A DNA stretch of 64,000 bases, from IMG/VR virus record IMGVR_UViG_3300032282_002939, positions 1-64,000 of that record; one strand, 5' to 3'. The notes under the pieces are model-generated. The model saw only the letters and a program-made list of their open reading frames with translations. It had not been told where the DNA came from and searched no databases. Shown here piece by piece: positions 35,334 to 44,877 of this stretch (positions are counted from its first letter, which is position 1; every line of letters starts with the position of its first letter). This DNA comes from an uncultured virus (IMG/VR IMGVR_UViG_3300032282_002939) (lineage: Duplodnaviria; Heunggongvirae; Uroviricota; Caudoviricetes). A program made the translations under genes and the position numbers.

Positions 35334-36397
35334 TCCAATGACAAAGCCTCTTCATATAATTGATTAATTTTAATTTCTAATTTATCTCTAGGAACATTCT
35401 TTAGGTCATAATTTTGAATATATTTCTTAAAAATATCCAAAGTGCTTTCAGCTTCGTTGATTATATCCTCATCATTCTCGACATCTAAATTGAAATGATC
35501 TTCTACAATTTGCATATCAACAGGATTTTCTTTTTCAAGATTTTCAATAAACCTATCAAACCAATATGGATTTGATTTATTTGTGACAATAACCTTTAGA
35601 ATACAATTAGAATACTGAGAATAATCTATTTTATTTTTGATGAAATTTTCATCTGTGTCGTTATACCAAATTTTTTTGAACATCCTATAAGGATTTTCAA
35701 CAAATTTTATTTCTCTTGTTTCCGTGTCAAATATATGGAATCCTTTCGGATCATCATAATCAGACCAAGTAAACTCAGCATGAGACCCGAGATAAAAGAT
35801 TTGTCCATCACTGGAACGATGATGAAAATGACCGCTAAAAACCATATCAAATTTATTAAAAAGTTTCCTATCGTCTCCATGAGAAACGATCGATCCTTTA
35901 TACATCTCAAATCCCTGAATCTCAAGATGCCCCATACAAATTTGTGCATTGGTCCGCTCCATCTCTTGCAATATTTGATCTCTGTTTTCATCGCAAATCC
36001 AAGGAACAAATAAAATTGGTAGTCCATCAAATTCTATAGTTTCAGCGTTATTAGTATAGGATATGATGTTAGGATAAACTCCAGTAATAAATTCATCAAT
36101 ACTATTAATTTTATTAGTATTTTTATAGTATGTATCGTGATTACCTGCAATAAGGTGCATCTCGATTTGCATAACATGCAATACCTCTAAAAAATCTTTT
36201 CTTAGCCTATTTGCAGTTTGAATGTTTACTTGTTTCCTCTTATCAAAGATATCTCCAAGATGGACAACAGTTGTTATATTGTTCTCTTTCAGATAAGGAA
36301 AAAAACTATTATCTAAAAATTTCTTTGTATAATCATGAAATATTGGGGAGTCGTTCCTTATCCCCCAATGAGTGTCTGTAATAAGAGCTAGTTTCAT
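35330..36397 (-). CDS. 47: Recombination nuclease subunit gp47 (Mre11/SbcD-like)
   Basis: TDTHWG, HLGD.FD, GNHD, GH, SGHFH. Confidence 0.95.
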   Translation of the reverse strand: MKLALITDTHWGIRNDSPIFHDYTKKFLDNSFFPYLKENNITTVVHLGDIFDKRKQVNIQTANRLRKDFLEVLHVMQIEMHLIAGNHDTYYKNTNKINSIDEFITGVYPNIISYTNNAETIEFDGLPILFVPWICDENRDQILQEMERTNAQICMGHLEIQGFEMYKGSIVSHGDDRKLFNKFDMVFSGHFHHRSSDGQIFYLGSHAEFTWSDYDDPKGFHIFDTETREIKFVENPYRMFKKIWYNDTDENFIKNKIDYSQYSNCILKVIVTNKSNPYWFDRFIENLEKENPVDMQIVEDHFNLDVENDEDIINEAESTLDIFKKYIQNYDLKNVPRDKLEIKINQLYEEALSLE

Positions 36398-36558
36398 TTT
36401 CTTTTTTTACTATTGCGTTCAATCACAGCTGTTGTGAAATCTCTAACAGCCTCGAGCCTCTGTAATAGATATTCTTTCTCGGAAGAATATTCTTTACAAT
36501 TTTCTAACTGTTTAGCTATGTCAACTATATTGACAGGTATCAAATGTTCTAATTTCAT
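36394..36558 (-). CDS. Hypothetical 54-aa protein (not in ORF track)
   Basis: GGAG RBS; MKLEHLIPVNIVDIAKQL...RLEAVRDF; ATGA overlap with gene 47. Confidence 0.7.
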   Translation of the reverse strand: MKLEHLIPVNIVDIAKQLENCKEYSSEKEYLLQRLEAVRDFTTAVIERNSKKRK

Positions 36559-36560
36559 TT

Positions 36561-37064
36561 CTATTCTCCAGAAAATTTATTTAACCCTATTATACTAGGT
36601 TTTTTATCTTTAGTCAATTTATTTTCGAAGTTTTCGACAATTCTAGAAGAAATATCATTTGTTTTTAAATGCATATTGTCGGAGTCTTGCCATAATTCAT
36701 TCATCAAAAAACTGTTTTCAAAATTTTTGTGTTTGATATAACTCTGTTTATGTTCTTTTTGAATACGTCGTATAAACGCATTCCAAGCAATTTGTGTGAA
36801 ATATGCAAATGGGTTGTTTGTTTTTTCTGGATCAAAATTGCTAATTGCTGCCAAGCAATCCACTATTCCATCAGAGATCAATTCTTGTTTATACGAATAC
36901 CCAGAGAAATTAGGACGTTTAGCTAAATTATTACATATCAGGAGAATCGATTGACCAATATAGTTAGAAACTTGTGTGTTTGGATTTTCTTTCAATTTAT
37001 TTTTAAAATCAATCATAGCTTCATATAAATCTTTGTTGTTGATATAATTTTTCACTTTTGCCAT
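36561..37064 (-). CDS. 55: Late transcription sigma factor gp55
   Basis: YINNK, PNFSGYSY..E.ISDG, NPFAYFTQI.WNAF.RRI.KE. Confidence 0.95.
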   Translation of the reverse strand: MAKVKNYINNKDLYEAMIDFKNKLKENPNTQVSNYIGQSILLICNNLAKRPNFSGYSYKQELISDGIVDCLAAISNFDPEKTNNPFAYFTQIAWNAFIRRIQKEHKQSYIKHKNFENSFLMNELWQDSDNMHLKTNDISSRIVENFENKLTKDKKPSIIGLNKFSGE

Positions 37065-37123
37065 AAAATAGCCCTTTACTTAATTTTGAATATGCATTAT
37101 AATCAGTAATGCTGAATTGATAA

Positions 37124-38572
37124 TTAGATAGATAGCTCTACATTGTAGATCTTGTAGTTGAACTTCTCCTCGTTATAGATCTTTACTCTTTCCATGAAAT
37201 GTAGTAAGGTAAAGTTCTTCTTTGTCTTCCAGCTCAGATCATCAGCAATGTCAAATAGAGTAGATTCTGTCTTTGTTTCTGACTTTCTAAGTCCTCTACC
37301 GATAGACTGTAAGTTTCTAATCCTTGACTTTGATGGGCTAGAAAATATAATATTGTGAAGATTCCTAATATTGACTCCTGTAGAAAACGTGCCATAACTT
37401 GCAACAATAATAGCATTTTCTTCCTTTTCTACAATTTTTCGTATCTCTTCTCTTTCTTCACCAGAAACAGATCCAGAAACGAAAAATACCTTTCTATCCG
37501 GAGCTTCTGCTGCTATATTTTTATATAGTTCTTTTCCATGTTTCTCAACAAACTGAAAAAGCAAAAGAGTATTGCCTTGTAAAGATAAAGCTAAGTTACG
37601 TATAAATTTGTTTCTAGCTTCTAATCTCACAAGAAAATCAATTTCTGATTGAAAATCAGAATTGGAAATGGTTTTTCTCTCATGATCTGGATATTTTAAA
37701 ACAATCGCTTTGATTTTAAAGTCTGCTAGATGTTTTTTCTCAATTAGTTCTGCCGTTGAGATTATTTTTCTAACAGGACCAAAAAGTCCTTCTAGAACCA
37801 ATTTATGTGTTTGACTGCCATCTAAAGTTCCTGTGAAACCGAATCTATATTGACAATCTTCTAGTTTTGTTAGAATATTTGTTAGAGATTTAGCTTTGAA
37901 TAAATGAGCTTCGTCGCCAATTACTACATTAAACTGTTTGAAAAATTCTTTAGGCATTTTGTAAATTGACTGCCACGTAGAAATGGTAATTGGTTTAGTA
38001 GATAACTTGTCTTGTCCAGAATATATCCTATGCACCAAAGCATCAGAATTAAAACCATAATCAGCAAAATCGGAAGCCAACTGAGACACAAGAGAAGTAG
38101 TAGGAACAATAATGAGAGTACGTTCAGCATAATACCTCACGAGTAAATAGATAATGAATGATTTGCCAGAAGCGGTGGGTGAAAGTAATAAAGATCTTTT
38201 GTTTCTGACAGCGTGAATAAATGCGTCCATCTGATAGTCTCTTGGTTGCATTTTTGGATTTAGTGCCTTGATGAAATCTTCAGCTTCTTTTATTGAAAAC
38301 TCTTCATCAGGAAATTCTGTCAAATATTCTACAACATAATCTCTTTTTTTAGCAAATTCTTCAATATAACGATTTAAACCTGCATACAGTAAACAATTAA
38401 GGGGGCTTAAAAGTCTTAACTTACCATCCCAAAATTTGTTTCTATATGCAGGCATAAATTTTGCACCGGGAACGTCAAATGTAAAATATTCGCTAAGTTC
38501 CATTACAATTGAAGGTTCTGCAATGATTTTATTATATACTTCGTTTATTTTTTGTATTTGTATTATATCCAT
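37124..38572 (-). CDS. uvsW: UvsW DNA/RNA helicase
   Basis: PRDYQ, SPTASGKS, DEAH, TGT, QSIGRGLR. Confidence 0.96.
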   Translation of the reverse strand: MDIIQIQKINEVYNKIIAEPSIVMELSEYFTFDVPGAKFMPAYRNKFWDGKLRLLSPLNCLLYAGLNRYIEEFAKKRDYVVEYLTEFPDEEFSIKEAEDFIKALNPKMQPRDYQMDAFIHAVRNKRSLLLSPTASGKSFIIYLLVRYYAERTLIIVPTTSLVSQLASDFADYGFNSDALVHRIYSGQDKLSTKPITISTWQSIYKMPKEFFKQFNVVIGDEAHLFKAKSLTNILTKLEDCQYRFGFTGTLDGSQTHKLVLEGLFGPVRKIISTAELIEKKHLADFKIKAIVLKYPDHERKTISNSDFQSEIDFLVRLEARNKFIRNLALSLQGNTLLLFQFVEKHGKELYKNIAAEAPDRKVFFVSGSVSGEEREEIRKIVEKEENAIIVASYGTFSTGVNIRNLHNIIFSSPSKSRIRNLQSIGRGLRKSETKTESTLFDIADDLSWKTKKNFTLLHFMERVKIYNEEKFNYKIYNVELSI

Positions 38573-39009
38573 TATCCACCATTAGTAAATTTTATGAAAT
38601 CTATCGCTGCTCTGATATTATAACCTCTGTTATTCAATGTTTTAATTATAGATTCTAATAATTCAATTTTTTCTTGTTGTATTCCTATTTTCAAAGATAA
38701 TTCTATTATTTCTTTATCAGCTTCCATATACATGGGGATATCTGCTTTTAATATCATCCCTTTGGCTGGCATTCTCCAACCCTTTGTTTTAGTTTCTTCG
38801 TTTGGTCCTTGTGTATAAAACTCGTATTTATCTAGTTTAAGAGATTTCATTTCGTTTTCTAGATTGCGTAATCTTACTCTTTCACCTACCAAAATTTGAT
38901 AATATTTATGATGTAGTTTTGGAATTTTTAAAGATTCATCAGCTAGTTCTGTTTTATCGATAAAGGAGTCTTTTTCCCATATTTGAAATATTTCTTCTGT
39001 TTTCATCAC
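38572..39009 (-). CDS. uvsY: UvsY recombination mediator
   Basis: W.KDS.ID, SLKIPKLH.KY, RGYNIR.AIDF. Confidence 0.9.
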   Translation of the reverse strand: MMKTEEIFQIWEKDSFIDKTELADESLKIPKLHHKYYQILVGERVRLRNLENEMKSLKLDKYEFYTQGPNEETKTKGWRMPAKGMILKADIPMYMEADKEIIELSLKIGIQQEKIELLESIIKTLNNRGYNIRAAIDFIKFTNGG

Positions 39010-39065
39010 AACGTCCCCGATACATAATAATTGGAATTATACTATATTTTAAGTATAAAGTAAAA

Positions 39066-39587
39066 TTAAATTTTGGTAATATCAAACAATGTATACTTAA
39101 ATGTTGCTGACGCTTCTATGTAGTTTACAGACGAATCAGTAGTCAGAAATGTTAGCGCCGAAAGTGATATTGGAAAAGCGTCACGGTAAGTAATGTCGTA
39201 ATTTGGTGTTTTGGTACTTGATAAAATCAATAATGAAATATCTGAATATATTCCATCTCCAGTATATGGTTTTACATCTTGAATTGTCTTATATTCTTCG
39301 TATTTTTCTGGGAATCCTAGTGCTCTGATCCAGTTGTGTATTTCTAGATAATTTGTTAAATCTTCATCTACTTTGAATGTTATATCTAAAGAGCCATATG
39401 TTATATGATCGCCTGGGTATGGTAAATTAACAAAGGGATTTGGTGTATCAACGTTTCTTAATTGAATTGATGGTATATTTACTTTTTGTATGAAAAAGTT
39501 GACATGAGGAGCTTTCTTAATTTGGAAACGAAAATTAAGCGGACTAAGAAAGTTTTTGTTTGATGGCGTATTGTCAATCGCAGACAT
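39066..39587 (-). CDS. 3: Tail tube terminator / completion protein gp3
   Basis: NFLSPLNF, F.VDED..NY.EI..W, AFPISLS. Confidence 0.88.
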   Translation of the reverse strand: MSAIDNTPSNKNFLSPLNFRFQIKKAPHVNFFIQKVNIPSIQLRNVDTPNPFVNLPYPGDHITYGSLDITFKVDEDLTNYLEIHNWIRALGFPEKYEEYKTIQDVKPYTGDGIYSDISLLILSSTKTPNYDITYRDAFPISLSALTFLTTDSSVNYIEASATFKYTLFDITKI

Positions 39588-39606
39588 AGAGTTCCTCCAT
39601 TTCAAC

Positions 39607-39614
39607 TATTTATA
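39607..39614 (-). promoter_or_regulatory. T4-type late promoter
   Basis: TATAAATA upstream of gene 3. Confidence 0.75.
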
Positions 39615-39615
39615 T

Positions 39616-39644
39616 AAAAAAAGAGGGATCCGAAGACCCCTCTT
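39616..39644 (-). terminator. Intrinsic terminator
   Basis: AAGAGGGGTC-TTCG-GATCCCTCTT followed by a T run. Confidence 0.88.
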
Positions 39645-39682
39645 AAAGTTTGCGGCTTGAAACCGTCTTATGTACTTTGCCT

Positions 39683-40294
39683 TCATTGCACAAGTTCAAT
39701 AGTATTTAGTTCTTTTTGTTTTCTAAACTCTTCCCATCTTTTTTTAGATGCAGCAGAAACAGCCAATTTTCTTTTGTTATTGGGATCCGACCATTGTTCT
39801 TTCATACGTTTAGAATTTTCTTGTTTCCATTCAGCTGTATGTGGAGCCTTTTTAATTCCTGTAAGAGCAGCTTTATGTTCTTCGGTTAGAGCTTTACCTT
39901 TTTTAGCAGCAGAAATCGCTGATCCTCGGCTTGGTGGTGCTGGAACGCTTTTACCTTTTTTAGAGAATGATATTTTTTGACCAATAGTTTTTACGGATTC
40001 TGGGTAAGCATGCCAAGCTGTTGTATTTGATTTATTTAAGTTATAATAACGTAATTTTATTTCTTCTGGCTTTATCATGTCTAAATAACGCTGTTCTTCT
40101 TCGTACATATTAATTCTAGATAAATTTGTTTTTAATATACGTCTTTTAAAATCTTCTGACCTAATTCTCCACGCTTGTTTCATCCAAGAAGAACTACATA
40201 TATATCCATCTTCAACAGTTCCCCAATGACAACCGATATAATATCTTTTATGTTTACGATCAAACCAAAGATAAACAAATCCGTATTTTTCCAT
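39683..40294 (-). mobile_element. Free-standing GIY-YIG (Seg-like) homing endonuclease downstream of gene 23
   Basis: GFVYLW..RYYIGCH, DGYICSS, FKRRIL, YYNL, NUMOD3-like repeats. Confidence 0.88.
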
Positions 40295-40308
40295 ATTAAC
40301 CTCCAAAG

Positions 40309-40336
40309 AAAAAGCCAGGAGTTTCCCCCTGACTTT
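40309..40336 (-). terminator. Intrinsic terminator-like hairpin after gene 23
   Basis: AAAGTCAGGGG-GAAA-CTCCTGGCTTT-TT. Confidence 0.7.
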
Positions 40337-40378
40337 ATTTAGTAAAGTTATTATGAATAACTTAATAAAATATATATT

Positions 40379-41737
40379 TTACATCAAATTATTAACAATT
40401 ACGCGACGGTAATAAACGTTTGTTGATGTTGTCAACGCACCTTGTGTGGTAGCAGCAGAACCATCGGCGAATGGATTTGATACCATACCATAACGTGTCT
40501 TGAAGCCAATTTTTGGTTGGAAGCTAGACTGATCAACGGCGCGCACCATTTGTAGTGGTACATATGGGCAGTAGAACAAACCAGCATCAAAAGAAGAAGA
40601 GCCTTTGTAACCAACTGTTAGATAGTTACCACCGATAGCATATGGATCGATGTAAACTTTTAGACGACCATTTAGAACACCAGCAAATGTATTACCAGTA
40701 TCGTCAACTTCAAGTTTGTTGCTGTTTAGAGCAGGAGCGTAGTCAAGAACACCAGCCATTTGAAGAGCAGAAGCTACGTCAGAAGAGCAGATAACAATGT
40801 TACCCTTACCTCTACGAGTTTCACGAGCAATTTTATTAGCTTCACGTTCTAGTTGGAACATAAGACCTTTGAATTTTTCAACTGTCCAACGACCATTGGA
40901 GTCAGTGTCAAGGTCGAATACGCCAGCAGTTGTTGTATTATCTTGAGCACCGGCTTTAGCTGTGATGTTGATTGTACGAACCACTTCACGATTGATTTCA
41001 GATAGAATTTCAGCAGAAAGAATGTTAGCTAGTTCGGTTTCAGCATCTAGACCATGAATTGCTTTTAGGTCTTGTGCTAGTTCCATGGTGTATTCGGCTT
41101 TTAGAGCACGAGATTGAGCAGTTACTGTAACTTTCTCAATTGAGAATGCCATCTGTGCGAAAGCTGAGTTTGAATCTGTGCCAAGGGCTTCAGCTTGTGC
41201 TGTTGACATACCAAAAGCAGTGTTATAGTTGGCTGTATTAACAAGTGGTGTTGTATTTGTTTGACCAGGGATACCGGCACCTGCTGTAAAGCTTTCACCA
41301 AAAGTAGAGTTACCAGCTCTAACAGAGGAGAATGCTGTATTAACTTCGTCGTAAAATGTTTCTGATCCGGAGTTGTTACCATAGCGTGAACGCATGGCAA
41401 AGATCAATCCTGTTGGACCGGACATTGGTTGAACGCCACAAATATCATAGGCAATCAAGTTTGGCATTGCGCGACGAACCAATGAAATCAACACTGGATC
41501 GAATGTGTCAATGTTTGAAGAACCACCAGAAGCTTGAATAGCGTTAACTGGAATTACAGAAGAAGTTTCTGTAATTGTTTGATATTGGCCATGAGAAGCA
41601 GCTTCGGTCAAAGCTTTTTCTGTGTTTTCGAGAACAATCGCTGTAACAGAACGGCGATGTTGATCTTTAATTGATCCTAGGGCATCATGATCAAGAATTG
41701 GTGCCCACTTTTTTTGAATTTCCTCAGCTAGATACAT
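40379..41737 (-). CDS. 23: Major capsid protein gp23
   Basis: KWAPILDH, LVRRAMPNLIAYDICGVQPM.GPTGLIFAMR, SRALKAEYT, YCPYVPL, GFKTRYG. Confidence 0.98.
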   Translation of the reverse strand: MYLAEEIQKKWAPILDHDALGSIKDQHRRSVTAIVLENTEKALTEAASHGQYQTITETSSVIPVNAIQASGGSSNIDTFDPVLISLVRRAMPNLIAYDICGVQPMSGPTGLIFAMRSRYGNNSGSETFYDEVNTAFSSVRAGNSTFGESFTAGAGIPGQTNTTPLVNTANYNTAFGMSTAQAEALGTDSNSAFAQMAFSIEKVTVTAQSRALKAEYTMELAQDLKAIHGLDAETELANILSAEILSEINREVVRTINITAKAGAQDNTTTAGVFDLDTDSNGRWTVEKFKGLMFQLEREANKIARETRRGKGNIVICSSDVASALQMAGVLDYAPALNSNKLEVDDTGNTFAGVLNGRLKVYIDPYAIGGNYLTVGYKGSSSFDAGLFYCPYVPLQMVRAVDQSSFQPKIGFKTRYGMVSNPFADGSAATTQGALTTSTNVYYRRVIVNNLM

Positions 41738-41773
41738 TTAATTTCCCTTTCTAATTTTCTTTGGGTTTAGGTA

Positions 41774-41781
41774 TATTTATA
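41774..41781 (-). promoter_or_regulatory. T4-type late promoter
   Basis: TATAAATA upstream of gene 23. Confidence 0.78.
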
Positions 41782-41786
41782 AAAAA

Positions 41787-43037
41787 CTAAACTTTAACGG
41801 TTCTTGAAATTGCTTGTAGATAACGATTTACTTGTGGATCGACATTCTCAACATTATTGTTGATTTGGCCTTCAAAAGTTTCTTCGTTAATATTTGAAGA
41901 GCGTGTTGTTGATTCGCCCTTGAAATAATTTTCTTTTACAATTTTCAATTTTTTCTCGTATGTTTCAAGATTGCCATCAAAATCAATGCCTTCAACAAGA
42001 GCTAAAAACTTCTCTTTTTGTGTTAGTGCAAGATCAGCTGACACGGACTCAAATACATCTCGCATTTGAGCTTCGTATACAACAGATTTTAGCTCATTAT
42101 TTTCAGTAATTGATTCGTCAAGTTTTTGTTCTAATTCTTCAACTTTTGAAGCCATGGCTTCTAGAACATCAACTTTTGTTTGTGGAACATTGATATAATG
42201 TTCTGTAAACAAACCTTTTAGGCCATCAATAAACTCTTCCATGAGTTCGTTACGTAGAGTAGATTCGATGGCGACTTCGTTTTCTTTCATCCAGTTTTCA
42301 ACAACATAGTCTAGATAAGCATCTAGTTTTGTTGTCAATTGTTCTGTTAGATCGGAAACTTGTTCTTGCAATTCTTGTTCAAATTGTTCTTGAAGAGAAG
42401 CAACTTCTAAAGTTATACGAGCATTTACTGCTGCTTCAAAAATTGTTGAAGCTTTTTCTTTGAAGTCTTCAGAAAGTTCTTGGCCGTTGAACATTTCTTC
42501 AACATCTTCTTTGACATTAATTTTTGGCATTGGCATTTTTGTTTTTGGACCTTTAGAAGCAACAGCAGCAGAAGCATTCATATCAATTGAAGAAGCGTTT
42601 TGTGCTGATTTATCAGTAGCTCCTGGCATTTTATTGGGGCCAAATTGAGCAATAGTTGCACGGAAATGATTGAGGTCAGTTGTATTCATTGAAGCCATCA
42701 TATTAACAACATTTTTCATCGTTGAAGCACGAGATTCAGCAGGAATTTTTACATCAGCAGTTTTGTGTGCTTTGATGCTGGAGGCAGCAATGGTTTCTTC
42801 TTCCATTTTCTTTTTCTTCATGGAACGTTTACCACCTTCTTCCTCTTCTTCCTCTTCACCTTTTCCTTTTCTATCATCGTCTTCAGTATCGCCATCATCG
42901 TCATCATCTTCTTTTCCGTCATCGTCATCGTCTTTCTTTGAAGATTCTTCCTCTTCTTCTTCACGGCGACGACGAGCTTCTTGTAGAGAAATCTTGAAAA
43001 TATCTTCAAGTTCTGATTGTTCTTTTCTTTCAGTCAT
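41787..43037 (-). CDS. 22: Prohead core scaffold gp22
   Basis: LSEDFKEKASTIFEAAV, YLDYVVENWMKENEVAIE; long acidic N-terminus. Confidence 0.93.
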   Translation of the reverse strand: MTERKEQSELEDIFKISLQEARRRREEEEEESSKKDDDDDGKEDDDDDGDTEDDDRKGKGEEEEEEEGGKRSMKKKKMEEETIAASSIKAHKTADVKIPAESRASTMKNVVNMMASMNTTDLNHFRATIAQFGPNKMPGATDKSAQNASSIDMNASAAVASKGPKTKMPMPKINVKEDVEEMFNGQELSEDFKEKASTIFEAAVNARITLEVASLQEQFEQELQEQVSDLTEQLTTKLDAYLDYVVENWMKENEVAIESTLRNELMEEFIDGLKGLFTEHYINVPQTKVDVLEAMASKVEELEQKLDESITENNELKSVVYEAQMRDVFESVSADLALTQKEKFLALVEGIDFDGNLETYEKKLKIVKENYFKGESTTRSSNINEETFEGQINNNVENVDPQVNRYLQAISRTVKV

Positions 43038-43068
43038 TGTAGGGTTTCCCTTTGTTAGATTTTAAAAA

Positions 43069-43076
43069 TATTTATA
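43069..43076 (-). promoter_or_regulatory. T4-type late promoter
   Basis: TATAAATA upstream of gene 22. Confidence 0.75.
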
Positions 43077-43080
43077 TCAA

Positions 43081-43746
43081 TTAAAATTTTACTGTAAGAG
43101 AAGCAATATAATTCTCAAACAACGCAAGACTGTTTTCCTCTAATTGACGAGTACTCATTTTTCTCATGCCTTTTTTCATATTATCAAGTTTCTCTTCATG
43201 CCATGTATGTTTGACTGGATCATAAATCCACTCTACGTTTTCCATAATTCCTTGAACAAAAGCTCCTGGAGCGGATGGATCAGCAACAATATCAGCAGCA
43301 GTTGCTAAACGAAAATCGTCTTTGACCATCATTCCTCTTGCAGTTTCTTGTAATGTTCCAAGACCTCTTGAAGAAACACCTAAATTTGCACCAGATTCTA
43401 GAAGACCTCTAGCAATATTGCCCATTGGTGTTTCTGTAATTACTGCTTTACCAACAAAAACATTTCCATCTCTTTTTAATTCTTTGATGATATGTGAAAC
43501 ACGATCAAGATTAATTTGTGGACCTGATGGATGGCCCAATTCACCATAAGCTCTGTTTTCTTTGATAACTTCTTTTACATATCTATTAACTTCTGATTCC
43601 AAAACAGAAATGGGATAAACTCTACCATTTTTGTTTTTTTGTTCAGCAACAAGAAATGTTCCTTGAATATAATGTTTTTTATTACCGTTTTCTGTTGCTT
43701 CGGTAATATACTCTACTGATTCTATTTCTTCTCTAATAAGTTTCAT
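43081..43746 (-). CDS. 21: Prohead protease gp21
   Basis: NKNGRVY, GELGHP, GVSSRGLG, DIVADPSAP.AFV. Confidence 0.96.
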   Translation of the reverse strand: MKLIREEIESVEYITEATENGNKKHYIQGTFLVAEQKNKNGRVYPISVLESEVNRYVKEVIKENRAYGELGHPSGPQINLDRVSHIIKELKRDGNVFVGKAVITETPMGNIARGLLESGANLGVSSRGLGTLQETARGMMVKDDFRLATAADIVADPSAPGAFVQGIMENVEWIYDPVKHTWHEEKLDNMKKGMRKMSTRQLEENSLALFENYIASLTVKF

Positions 43747-43747
43747 A

Positions 43748-43990
43748 TTAGTGCCTATAAGCTACAGGAGCAGCTTTCATATTTGCTCCGGTTAAAAGAT
43801 CGGTTGTGGTTTTTTGTAAAATCACACTTTCTGTGTTTGAAATAGAAACATTTGCATAAACAGTGCCATTTGAATAAGCAATATTTGCTGTAGCAAGAGC
43901 ACCAGTATTGATTATTCTTACCAAACCAGAATTAGCAACATTATTAGCGGTGGCGATTGATACTTCTGCACCAAGAACTTTAATTATCAT
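43748..43990 (-). CDS. Small hypothetical protein in the head module
   Basis: 80-aa ORF with GAGGAG RBS. Confidence 0.7.
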   Translation of the reverse strand: MIIKVLGAEVSIATANNVANSGLVRIINTGALATANIAYSNGTVYANVSISNTESVILQKTTTDLLTGANMKAAPVAYRH

Positions 43991-44045
43991 AGTATTGCTC
44001 CTCTACTTGGCATATCACCTATATTTCCACTGGGATAACTTAGAT

Positions 44046-44687
44046 TCATTGGGCTGTCTGGTCCTGATTCTTTTTCAGATCTTTTTTTTTATTCTTCTTG
44101 CCATCTTCAAGCATCGGCATGGCCAAATCTTCTTCCATTTTTTTAGATTTTTCAGGATGCATGCCATAATATGCACCAAGAGCCATGCGTTTACGTTCTT
44201 CTTTAGATTTACCAGCAAACTTTGGGTCTTTTGAATGAATGAAATCAGAAATGACTTCTCCAGCAGATGTTTTTTTGGTTAATACTTCTTGAAGTTTTTT
44301 CTTTCCACCAAAAAGCATGCCCTTTTTTCCTGGCCTTGCTTCTTTGGTAGTGCATTTACAAAGAGATTCACCACATGTTTCACACTTCATTTGCTTGGCT
44401 TCATAGACATTTTTAGATTGTCTAGGATATTTTGCTACTTTTGTGCCGCCCTTATAAGGAAATTCTGTGTTTCCGGCGCGGTCAGCAAATTCTGCTGTTT
44501 TATGTATTTTAACAAAATCTTGTTCATCTTTTGACTTGGGCATGTAATCAACATAGGGATCAGAGCCTGTTGAACCGGGTCTAACAGTTGATTTATTTGA
44601 ACCTTCTAGTTCCTTTTTATACATAACAAATTTATTGTCTGTTTGACCGGGTGTGGCTTTTACAATATCCCTTAGAGATTTTGACAT
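44046..44687 (-). CDS. Hypothetical basic head-module protein (possible -1 frame extension to 43987)
   Basis: GAGG RBS; SDF..SKDPKFAGKSKEERKRMALGAYY motif; A9 run near the 3' end. Confidence 0.72.
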   Translation of the reverse strand: MSKSLRDIVKATPGQTDNKFVMYKKELEGSNKSTVRPGSTGSDPYVDYMPKSKDEQDFVKIHKTAEFADRAGNTEFPYKGGTKVAKYPRQSKNVYEAKQMKCETCGESLCKCTTKEARPGKKGMLFGGKKKLQEVLTKKTSAGEVISDFIHSKDPKFAGKSKEERKRMALGAYYGMHPEKSKKMEEDLAMPMLEDGKKNKKKDLKKNQDQTAQ

Positions 44688-44691
44688 TTGT

Positions 44692-44868
44692 TTATTCCTC
44701 TGATGAATCTTCTAGACCATTAAACATCGATTTTGCGATTTCAATTTTTTTATTTTCAACTGCTGAAGATAATCTATCAATAATCAAATCGTTGAAAATA
44801 TGAGAAAAATCGCTTGGTTTTTGTTCTAATGTTGCGGAAATTAATCCTTCAATATCATATTTATCCAT
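44692..44868 (-). CDS. Small prohead core protein (gp67-like position; not in ORF track)
   Basis: MDKYDIEGLISA...AVENKKIEIAKSMF; immediately after the portal gene; GAGG RBS. Confidence 0.7.
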   Translation of the reverse strand: MDKYDIEGLISATLEQKPSDFSHIFNDLIIDRLSSAVENKKIEIAKSMFNGLEDSSEE

Positions 44869-44877
44869 TTTTACCTC

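Noticed and set aside
42670..43065. Ser-rich + strand ORF and similar antisense ORFs (e.g. 19091-19483, 26981-27355, 45976-46344)
   Set aside because: Shadows of well-supported genes on the opposite strand, with no motifs of their own
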